Shown piece by piece: positions 23,501 through 33,093 of a stretch of DNA of 64,000 nucleotides. The notes beneath the pieces are model-generated. The model had not been told where the DNA came from. It searched no databases and was given only the letters and a program-made list of their open reading frames with translations. Both the position numbers and the translations under genes were made by a program. Each line of letters opens with the position of its first letter. Position 1 is the first letter of the stretch. This DNA is from Azolla caroliniana (taxonomy: Eukaryota > Plantae > Polypodiophyta), in contig JBHGNT010000014.1 in the NCBI GenBank assembly GCA_043228905.1, positions 16,678,001 to 16,742,000 on the forward strand, given 5' to 3'.

Positions 23501-26160
23501 GAGATGGGGGAGCCGCGGACAACGACATCCGAACGAAAGCGGCTACGGAGACAACAAGCGGCGGTGCCGGGTCCTTACCCACACCAACCCTAGAGGCTCC
23601 AATGGCCGGCCCGAGTGCCGGCATGAGGCTTAGTGCGACGGGAGGTGACGGCGGCAAGGCGGGCAACGGAAACGAGAAGGAAGATTGGAGCGGACGGAGG
23701 CAAGACCCCTTGACACCGGGGCCGGAGACTTCGGCGGTTGTGCTCGAATGCCAATGTGAGACCGGAGAGATGGGAGGTGACCGTGAGGAGGTGAGGCCCG
23801 GAGAGAGCGCATACGAAGACGAGTATGCGGGGCCCGGAATGGGCGTATACGGTGGGTCCGACGGAGAGGACCGGAGCGGAAACGAGGAGAGAGTCGGGAA
23901 CCGACCCGACCGGAATACGGCACGGAAGAAGAAGAGAGTAAGGGCCGGCGAACCGGGCCCAAACCGAAGGAAGCCGGCGAGACCGATTGGCCGGTTACGG
24001 TTACGGTTACGGTTACGATGGGAGCCGGTAAGCGCGAGATGGAGGCTAACCGGGCACGACGACCATGGTTCGGGGGAAAAACGGAAACAAACGAGACCCT
24101 CCATACCCACTCTAGAGACTACGGCGGTTGCGGATCAACATAAGACCGGAGAAACGGCGGGTGGCGGCGAGGAGTCGGAGGCCGGAGCGTACGAGGTTAC
24201 CGGAACGGATATCCGGTACGAGATGGTGGACGGGTGGGTCCAAGACGGCGAGCCCGTGTCGGAACGGGCTACGGCGACAAAGGAGGAGAGGACCGACACG
24301 GAGGTCGGGTCTACGGCGGAAGAGCGAGACGAGATGCATGCAATACGGCCAATGGAGGGCCAAGACACAAGCATGCCTACGAAGGAGCCACATCGAGCGA
24401 CCGAAGATGACGGTCGGATCACGCCTTCGAGAGGCGAATACGAGGAGGAAGGCGGCGACGACAAGACCTGGCACGATGCTAGGGAAGATTGGTGGGAAGA
24501 GGTGGCCTACGGAGAGGCTAAGACCGGCGGCCACGAAGATAAGGCCCGAGAGGGATCCTCCACACCGGCTATAGAGACTCCGGCGGTCGGCGCGAGTGCC
24601 GACGTGAGACCAAGAGTGGTGGACGGTGGCGGCGAGGGGACGAAGGCCACAACGGATGAAGGCACCGAGAGAGGCATACGGGAGGTCGCGGAGAATGAAG
24701 ATGTATGCGCCCAAAAGAACGAACACGACATCACGAAGGATGTGTGCGGTCGAGCGGGCCAAGAGGGCCAAGAGGGTGTTCCTCCGAGCGAAACGGAGGT
24801 CGGGGAAGAAAGGTACCTTTCCGAAAGGGTACGCGAAGAGGAGCGGAATGCGAAACGTGCAATGCGGCCGCATGAGGGCCAAGCAACGAGCACGGGAACG
24901 ATGGTATGCTCTACGGCGAGAGAGCACGGCAAGCAAAGGGAAGGCGAAAAATGCGTGATGGGGTCATCGAAGGACCGAAGCACGAGCACGCATTCGGAGG
25001 ACGACACCGACGTACGGGGAAAGCCTACGGAAGGCAAGCGCGGAGCGAGAAGAGTCGGCACGACGAGGTGCGCGGCGCGAAAAAGGCGGATCCGGAGGAT
25101 ATGCGAGGCGGACAAAGGGTCGGCAACGGCGTTCGGGAGGACCGATCGGGGAAGAAAGCGCAGGCATCGGAAACGGCGGTCCGGATGTAGACGGTGGTTC
25201 GAGGAAACACGGTGGACGTGGCGGATCGGGTGGAGGCCACGACTCGGCGAACGTCGTCAAGTGTGGTGGATCGGATGGAGCCGACGGTTCGAGACCATTC
25301 GGCGGAGATGGTGGGCCGGAAGGCGACGGTGGTTCGTGTGGACGGGGTGGACTTGCTCGAAGTGGAAGACTAAGCCGGGCAAGCCCACGAGGTTGTCAAG
25401 GGCTCGGTTGGCCGCCTTGGCCGAAAATCTCGCGTTTTGTTCCCCTTTTGGCACATACCGGTGGATGTGCGGTTAGGTGGGGGCGGATGTCGTGAAGATT
25501 TTCGTCCGTAGGCGGAAACCCGAGCGAAGCAAGCAAACCCGCGATGTGCAACGTTGCACATCAACGTGTTGTATTTCTATTTATCGATAGTGATAAGTAT
25601 GGTGCTAGAAATGCACCTTAGGATTTGTAAAGTGTAAAGGTGATGTGCTTTTTCGCACACATCCACGTGAGAGAGAGAGATAGGTACATAGTAGTTCGTG
25701 TAGAGGTGGGAGTTAAGACCCATCCTTCACTCCTCCCCTAAAATCAAGGGAAATATCCCCATTGATTGAAAGGGGATATTTTGTAGCACCCTTTTTGAAA
25801 ACGGTCTTCTCTCCTTGTGCTATAAAAGGAGAGGAAGAGCACCATTGTGGGGGTTGCCTTATTTTGAGTGTGAGTGAGGTATACCATTTCGTGTTAGGTT
25901 TAGGGTTTCTTTTCTTCTTCGTCGGATTAGGGTTTCGGGTTTATCATAGTCGTTTGGTGCGGCCTTCGCGGCCGCCATTTTGTAATCGGTTTTCGGTTCT
26001 AATATATCTTGTTGAGCATTTGGCCTCCATCTTCCTCTTGTTCATTCTTTCTCTTCTTGTGCTAAGCTCCATTCCGAAGTCCTATTCCTTCTCCCCTTCT
26101 CCTTAGTCCAAGACCCCCGTGGTTCCGCCCTTCTCCACGCACTTGCGAAATATCTCGACA
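20502..26160 (+). mobile_element. Intact young non-autonomous (pol-less, gag-only) LTR retrotransposon
   Basis: 673-bp LTRs 20502-21174 and 25488-26160 with about 4 differences; TSD CCGG; Trp PBS 21179; family PPT. Confidence 0.95.
21217..25476 (+). CDS. 1419-aa Gag-N-terminal-domain protein with a long acidic repeat region and an Arg/Trp-rich tail
   Basis: Uninterrupted ORF filling the space from PBS to PPT; first ~200 aa align to helper Gag; repeated SGGxATFHTPxLExxAxGPSAxxRPRxxxGGGGKAG modules; no PR, RT, RH or INT motifs. Confidence 0.8.
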   Translation: MEEGFDFEEMMTKILMDAGRKRARREAAQQAVERVVRLVGRFDGKEVPKILRAYDAEMTGMGVDEATRLEFFRRAAAASKYEEVKELQEAHESWESFEGALMEAYGCAESEVRGRREFDRCVASARRHRSAMEAFREFERRFSQLSEWERRSVGADKVLLFLKTVHHEERMDIMFELQDDYGAHGLTEEWPEVEWVCRQHEARRSATTRPASGGEERATTDYAMPPDESSSRTGLEGPDLQALIREACGLVMAKIEAEEWLIAGSGPSGSEDAEEGASSHMEDGAYAEAEREWYIGTTGEGAERTALSTWGKRTTEDEVGDGEAAIADSSGHGGFGTWWPESSSTEETSGGTATFHAPVQETPAAGPSARVRPREKNGGGGKAGNRDNGKETAEEAAASITDACIYGGGATTDNDVRAEVATDITSTSGGPATLHASFLEITAAGPSARVRPMVKGGGGGKAGDHDVDTREGAEQATVSSRGKRTAMDEADIYGAMDATSRVGGSFGTRLPEMFYEDFASILEACEMEEEDETSDGVATFHTPALEASAVGPSAGTRPRATDGGGGKADNRDEDETGEEEAAASILDACETEDGVATDDDVRMKVATDERSGGVATFHTPVLETPAPGPRAGERPRVMDGGGGKAGNRNDDDMGEGAERATLSSCGEWTAKDEAGDYKAESATSKVGGRFGARRPKTSSGEEASGGAATFHTPALEASAVGPSAGTRPRTTDGGGGKAGKQDDTENGEEEVVASILEAYGIGDGGAADNDIRTKAATETTSGGAGSLPTPTLEAPMAGPSAGMRLSATGGDGGKAGNGNEKEDWSGRRQDPLTPGPETSAVVLECQCETGEMGGDREEVRPGESAYEDEYAGPGMGVYGGSDGEDRSGNEERVGNRPDRNTARKKKRVRAGEPGPNRRKPARPIGRLRLRLRLRWEPVSARWRLTGHDDHGSGEKRKQTRPSIPTLETTAVADQHKTGETAGGGEESEAGAYEVTGTDIRYEMVDGWVQDGEPVSERATATKEERTDTEVGSTAEERDEMHAIRPMEGQDTSMPTKEPHRATEDDGRITPSRGEYEEEGGDDKTWHDAREDWWEEVAYGEAKTGGHEDKAREGSSTPAIETPAVGASADVRPRVVDGGGEGTKATTDEGTERGIREVAENEDVCAQKNEHDITKDVCGRAGQEGQEGVPPSETEVGEERYLSERVREEERNAKRAMRPHEGQATSTGTMVCSTAREHGKQREGEKCVMGSSKDRSTSTHSEDDTDVRGKPTEGKRGARRVGTTRCAARKRRIRRICEADKGSATAFGRTDRGRKRRHRKRRSGCRRWFEETRWTWRIGWRPRLGERRQVWWIGWSRRFETIRRRWWAGRRRWFVWTGWTCSKWKTKPGKPTRLSRARLAALAENLAFCSPFGTYRWMCG

Positions 26161-29100
26161 CCGGGATAACCACAAGAAGGGCGGATACCGTTTGGGCACG
26201 GAGATCGAAAGGACCACGGACCTACAAAAGGTCCTGGAAGAACGAATCCTTGACAGCAAGGTGGAACTGTCGTTGCAGGAGGTGCTCGAAATTGCCAGGA
26301 AGGAGTTTCACGACTCCATTGTAGACTTGGTGAAGAGGAAGAGGCTGTCGACGGAGGCAGAACCGGAAAGGCCGGTGGAGGTGCGGACGACGCACATAGA
26401 GGACATGGCGCTGGAAGACGAGTGGGCGGAGAGCCACTATTCGAGGCCACACTGGGCCCGAGCGACCACGGAAACCCCGGTGAAGATCGGAGATGTTCAA
26501 GAACCGGTGGTGGCGCTGGTGAACCATAGTTCAAAAATAAACCTGATGTCCATGGACTTCTACAAGAAGGGGAAATGGCCAATCAACACCAAGCACGAGT
26601 GGAAGATACGAGCGGCAACGCTCGCCACCGAGGAACTACATGGGGCCTGCCCAAACGTGCGAGTCAAGATCGGCGACGTCGAGATAGACCAGCACTTCTT
26701 TGTGCAAGAGACGTCCTCGCACCCGGTCATACTGGGAGAACCGTACATTACAGCAGCGCGAATGGAGACCAAGGTGCTGGACAACGGGTCGGCTTACGCG
26801 AGGGTCAAGAGTCAGGACGGGCGTCATTCGGGCAGTTCCTGATGGTGCGACCGAACCACGAGCGAAACCGCGAGTCCCTCGGTGGCGAGAACCGAGAGGA
26901 TTTTTAGAGAGGGCTGTCAAGGCATGGGGCCGCGATAGTCCGGACACTCCAGGAAAACCCCACAAATGTACGATAGAGGCGAAACCGAAGAAACCTTGTA
27001 CCATAAGTAGGAAGTTTTGTTTCTCCGACAACGGAGGGTGTACGATAGTCGGCGTCGTAGGCCGAGAAAAGACAAGGGCGGAAGAGCGACTTCGGGCGTG
27101 CGGAGTTCTCGAGCCCAGCGAGGAAATTAACGGAGCCGTGGAGGCGGTCTCCTTCGACGATACCTTGGGAATACTGCGAGAGGTGGTCGGAGAGGGCCTT
27201 AAAGAGGACCGGACGATACCGGTTTGTTCAGAAGAGATGCATGAAGTCATCGCGGACTTCAGTCGAGGGCTCGAGTCGGATCGGACGGCCCGGGTTAACA
27301 CGAAGTACAAGACTGTGGACCGGAAGGTAAGGCTAGTCGCGGCACCCTTATCGGAGGGCAGCGAGTTGCGAATCAAGGGGGTTGCGTCGGACCCCAGTTT
27401 ACGTGATCTGGCCTGCATAAGACACACCTTCACCGACAGAACGCTACGGGAGCTCAAAATCGGTGGGGGCGGGTTCCTATTGCAAGTGGAAGAAGACCGG
27501 TTTCGGAGAATGCTCGAAAGGCACAGGAAAGCCTTCGCATTCTCACTGGAAGAAATCGGGTGCGTAGACCCTACAGTCGTAAAGCCGATGGTGATATTCA
27601 CGGTACCGCATGTGATGTGGAATCTCAAACCAATTCCGGTACCGAGAGCTCACATCCCGGAGCTCATGGAGCTGTTGAGGCAGAAAGTCGATATGGGCAT
27701 CCTCGAACCGTCGAGTGCCTCGTACTCGAACCGGAGGTTTACCGTACCGAAGAAGAACGGGACGTTGCGCTTCATTCAAGACCTGTAACCGGTCAACAGA
27801 GTGACCATTCGGAACGCAGGAATCAGACCAACGATAGACGAGTTCACGGAGGCCTTCGCCAGAAGGTCGATCTACTCGGTCGGTGATCTGTACTTGGGGT
27901 ACGATCAGTTCCAACTAGCCGTGGAGAGCAGAGACATTACGACGATGCGGACTCCTCTCGGCCTAGTGCGGATGTGTACCCTGCCTCAAGGAGGGACGAA
28001 CTCGGTGGCCCACATGGTGAATGCGATGAACAAGGTGCTGAGGGATTGTATCCCGGACATCACCATGCCATTCTTGGACGACATCCCGATCAAGGGATGT
28101 CCGGTGGAGAAAAAGGACGAAACGATCGGACCGGACGGATGCCGGAAATTCGTAGCGACACACATTGACGACTGCAAGAGGGTGCTGGAGAGGCTAGAGG
28201 ACGCGAGGCTCACCTTCTCCGGGGAGAAATCGGCCTTCGGGTAATCGGAGATCATGGTCGTCGGACATCTGTGTGGACCGTATGGCCGGAAACCGTCTCC
28301 GGCTAAGGTGGAAGCGATCTCCGCGATGAAGCCCGACTGTAACTCGGTCACAGAAGTACGGAGGTTCTTGGGAGCATGTGCGTTCTACCACATATGGATC
28401 CCGCATTACGCCCACGTTTCCGAGCCGCTATACGGGTTGCTGAAAAAGGGGCGAAAATTCGAGTGGCGGGACGAGCATACGGAGTCGGTCCGAAAGATGA
28501 AGGAGGCTCTTGTTGCAGCTCCGGCACTCCGGAAGGCTGTCTATGAGAAAGGTACTCCCATCTACATAATGGTCGATACAAGTCCGACCGGGATCGGATG
28601 GGTTGTCAACCAAGAAGATGAGGACGGCATTCGGTTCCCAATCCGGTTCGGCGTGAAGGTCCTCAGCGAGCGACAACGAGGATACGCCCAGGTTAAACGC
28701 GAACTCTGGGGTATCGTTTCGGCGGTGAAGGCCGATAAAGATTATCTGATCGGGACAGAAGTGATTATCGAGACGGACTGCCTGCCGATTCTCGGCATGG
28801 TTTCCGGATGCGCAACCCCGAACTTGGCAATGCTCAGGTGGATAGCGTACATCAAGTCCCTGGATCCGGAAATACGACACATTTCCGGAAAAGACAATGC
28901 CATGGCTGACATGCTTTCGAGGGTGCGATTCGACGACGAGGGCGGCATGGTTTCAGAGGACGAGGAAGTCGGCGTGGACTTCTTCGAGGCGGCTTACGTA
29001 ACAACCGAGGGGGGGAGCACTCCGGCGCTTAACGATTTCGACGAGAGCAAGTATAACGGGGAGTGGCTGTAGATTGGGGGATTCTTAAGGACGATGACGC

Positions 29101-29507
29101 CGAACGCATCATGGACAACGGACGAGGCCAACCGGATCCGGAAGAAAGCGTACCGATTCTTTCTCCGGGACGGATCCTTGTGGAAGCACTCGAAGAAGAG
29201 AGACGGCATCCCGCTCCGAGTAGTGGCGATGAAGGAGGAACAGGAGAAGTTGCTGAAGGCCTACCATGACAGCCCCTGGGCTGGACACCGTGGGACGTGG
29301 GCCACGTTCGAGAAACTAACGGGGAAGTACTGGTGGCCGGGACTGTACCGGGACGTGCATCGGTTCGTGACAACTTGTGAGAGCTGTCAGATACACTCCA
29401 CAATCCGACATCGGGACGAGCTTCATCCTACATACCCTCCGGCCATCCACTTCAAGTGGATGGTAGATTTGGTGACGATGCCGATGGGCGTAGGGCAGAT
29501 GCGATAT

Positions 29508-29778
29508 TGACGGGAACCCAATGTTCCTTATGCGCAACGCTCGGCCACAACCGAGCTTAGAATGATACACAGAAAACGGGAAATAAAACGCGACACAAAG
29601 AAGGAGAGAATACGCAGGAGGTTTACGTGGAAAACCCCAAACTAGGGGAAAAAACCACGGCAGCTCACAGGCTGCAAACTGTCACTATGTAGGAATATAC
29701 AACAGTGAGTTCACTGAGGCACCGACCTCGTGCTCACAAATCTTCGCCACAGCCGGCGGTTACAACAGAGGCAACAAC

Positions 29779-29815
<37 letters not shown>

Positions 29816-30333
29816 CAGTTACGCACAACAATCTCGTGCAAAACAGAAAATGACAACCGCGCGAACAAAAGTTTTCCCTAAGTCATATTTATACTAATGT
29901 GACTTTTCGGCTATTTACAAATATAGCCTCGATGGGCTCTCAGAAACATATTCACGAATATGTCTCTTCCTCTGGTTCTCACCGGGTCTGCGTCATCTGG
30001 CTCTCCGTAGCCGGGTGCTCCTCATCTGGTTCTCACCGAGCCTGTATCATCTGGCTCTCCGTAGCCGGGTACTCTTCTTCCGGTTCTCACCGGGCCTATA
30101 TCATCCGGCTCTCCGTAGCTGGGTACTCCTCATCCGGTTCATACCGGGTCTGCGCCATCCGGCTCTCCGTAGCCGGGTACTCCTCTTCCGGTTCTCACCG
30201 GGCCTGTATCATCCGGCTCTCCGTAGCTGGGTACTCCTCATCCGGATTCGGCCGAGGCCTATCGGCCGAGGCCGAGTTTGTTCGTCGGCACTGTTCTTCT
30301 CCCTTCCCATCCGGAGGGACTTGTCTCCCAACA
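29508..30333 (-). mobile_element. Copia solo LTR with an internal ~54-bp tandem array (about 29964-30245)
   Basis: TG...CA termini, TSD GATAT, motifs shared with the other Copia LTRs (CTCGGCCACAACCGAG, CGTGGAAAACCC). Confidence 0.9.
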
Positions 30334-30876
30334 GATATCTGGTGCTGGCCCGGGAGGACCTGACGAACCAGGTGGAAGGCCGAGCCTTGCAAAACAAAAC
30401 GACCGCGGCGTGTGTCGGTTCCTGATCGAGGATGTGATATGCTGGTACGGGTGCGTCGGGAAGATCGTGGCTGACCGCGGGGAGTTGGACGCTGAAGAGG
30501 CCGAGGAGCTGTTCGACCGGTTAGGGGTCAAGCTCTCGCTCACCACAGCGTACAATCCGGAGGCGAACGGGAAGTTGGAGCGCGGACACGGACCGATTGT
30601 CAAAGCGCTAGTCCGAGCATGCGGAGGCCAGGTCGGGAACTGGCCACGACTGTTACCTTATGCCTTGTGGGCGGACCGGACAACGCACAGTTCGGTAACC
30701 GGGTCCTGCCGTCAGAGCTCATGTTCGGACAGAAGCCAATCATGCCGATGGAACGGACGATCTCCTCTTGGGCGACGGTGGACTGGAGAGACGAGATGAG
30801 CCGGGAAGAACTGCTAGCGGCACGTATACGGCAGCTCGAGCGGAGGCCTGAGGACGTGGAACGAGCGGCGGAGAGA

Positions 30877-31152
30877 CTTCGGACGGCGAGGATGAGGAAC
30901 AAAGCCCGGTTCGATCGAACGCACCGGCTCCGACCAAAGAAAATCGAGGAAGACGACTGGGTGCTAGTCTACGACAACAGCCTCGACAACTAGCACCGGG
31001 CAACACGGAAGTTTCTTCGGACGGCGAGGATGAGGAACAAAGCCCGGTTCGATCGAACGCACCGGCTCCGACCAAAGAAAATCGAGGAAGACGACTGGGT
31101 GCTAGTCTACGACAACAGCCTCGACAACTAGCACCGGGCAACACGGAAGTTT
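30877..31152 (+). repeat. 138-bp perfect tandem duplication in integrase
   Basis: 30877-31014 equals 31015-31152; both copies carry the same TAG stop. Confidence 0.95.
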
Positions 31153-32050
31153 GCAAAGCGGTGGTTCGGGCCTTACGTGGTAACGAGCGCCAACGACAAT
31201 GGGACGTATCACCTAGCGGAACTCGACGGAACGAGGATGGCGATACCGGTGGCGGGGAAGCGGATCAAAGCGTTCAAGAAGTGCCACGACGGCGAAGCGG
31301 ATGTAAGAGGCCTGGACAACGACGACGAACAGTCCGAGACGGAGGACGAACCGATGGACGAAGAACCGGAACTCGGACCAGTTTTCTCCAACCAGAACCC
31401 AATTTTGGTGCATACCGGTGGATGCGCGGTTAGGTGGGGGCGCATGTCGTGAAGAAAACCGTCCCTTAGCGCAATCGGTGTATGGCTCGCGCAAACCGGC
31501 TCTTCACGCATGTGCGCCCTTTAATGTATATAATAGAGGATTGGGTACAAAGGTAGATCACCGGTAGTTAGATTCGGTATGTAGGAAGTTAATGGGAAAA
31601 ACGGCTCCCTTCTTGAAGCTATATAAGAGAGGGAGACCCGGGGAGAAAGGGATCGCGCATTGAGGAGGACGAAGTGTTGTCGGACCGTAACCGAATGCTT
31701 CTCCTCTGTTTGTTCTCTATTGCTCTTCTCTACAGGTTTTCGGGAGGCTCGCACTCCATCCTACCCCCTTTCGCGCGCAAACGAACAGGCATCGGCATTT
31801 GTTCGTCGGCCTGTTCGGTTGTAACCGCTCGCGTGCTCTGTTGTTTTGGGTGTCATCTGTTAATATACAAACATTCTTGTCTCTCTGTCTCTGTGTCCAT
31901 TCGTGTTTTCTGCGTTGACGGGCCGTGTCCCTGTGTTTCTTTGCTCATTCTTGTCTCTCTCTTTCTCTTTCCCCTCCTATCACCTGCTCTTCGGTTCAAG
32001 ACCTGGTGGTCCCGCCTCGTTTCTCCACGCGCGCGTGTAGTAACGCGACA

Positions 32051-33093
32051 CCGCGTTCCAGTGCTCTTTGTCGAGATTGCTCATGAACCGGCTCACCACT
32101 CCGACTACATATCCGATATCTGGCCGGGTACATACCATCACATACATCAAGCTCCCAATGGCAGAGGCATATGGTATCTTCATCATATCCGTCTTCTCCG
32201 CCTTTGTCCTCAGGCTTTGTTTTCCGAATAGCTTGTAGTTTGCCGGAACAGTCGATCCGAACGGTTTTGCCTCGAACATGTTGAACCTTTGGCGTACCTT
32301 TGGCATGTACTTTTTCTATGACAACCACAACAGCTTCTTCAACTGGTTCCGGATTATGTGCATTCCCAATATCTGTCTTGCCGGCCCCAAGTCTTTCATT
32401 AAGAAGGTCTGGTTCAGAGCCTTCTTTAGCATATGTATCTTGACGTGGTCTCGTTCAACGATCAGCATATTATCCACATATAGGAGTATCAGGAAATCTC
32501 CTCCGTTAAATTTCTTCACAAACACGCAGTGATAGGCTTGCGTTTTGTGGTACCCTTGGTCAGTCATGAAGGAGTCGAACTTCCGGTACCATTGCCGGGG
32601 AGCTTGCTTCAATCGGTATAGGTTCTTCTTCAGCCGGCACACCAGGTGCTCCTTCCCTTTCTTCTCAAATCCTTCTGGTTGATGCATGTAGATTTCTTCT
32701 TCCAGGTCGCCATGTAGGAATGTCTTCTTGACGTTTAGTTGCTCTACCTTGAGGTCCATGCTTGCCGCTATGCCCAATACCGTCTGGATGGATGTCATCT
32801 TTACTACCGAGGCAAGTATCTCATCCACATCTAGTCCTTTCTTCTGTTGGAACCCCTTCACCACGATCCGGGCTTTGTATCTCGGTGGGTTTCCGGCATC
32901 TCCCGATTTTATCTTGTACACCCACTTGTTCCAGAGTGCCCACTTTCCTTTCGCAACTCCGTCAGTTCCTACATGCGGTTCTCATGCAAGGAATCCATCT
33001 CATCCTACATGGCACTCAACCACTTGTGGTTGTGGGTGTCTCTCTTTGCTTCTTTGAAGCTTTCCGGCTCCCCCTCATCGGTTAGCAACACGT
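32051..33093 (-). pseudogene. Copia RT of the host element
   Basis: YKARIVVKGFQQ, FLHGDLEEEIYM, LKQAPRQWY and LYVDN (decayed YVDD). Confidence 0.92.

Larger units (their letters stand above)
26161..31444 (+). pseudogene. Helper gag end and pol: protease, RT, RNase H, integrase (stops and frameshifts; split by 29508-30333)
   Basis: PR (ALVNHSSKINL...VILGEPY), RT (LPQGGTNS, FLDD), RH (VDTS...ETDC...ADMLSR), INT (HHCC, KWMVD, ADRGEL, KLERGH). Confidence 0.92.
17267..32050 (+). mobile_element. Full-length but decayed pol-encoding tRNA-Trp-family Ty3/Gypsy element (putative helper) carrying three nested insertions
   Basis: LTRs 17267-17917 and 31445-32050; 4-bp TSD CCGC; PBS 17922; domain order gag-PR-RT-RH-INT. 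Confidence 0.93.
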
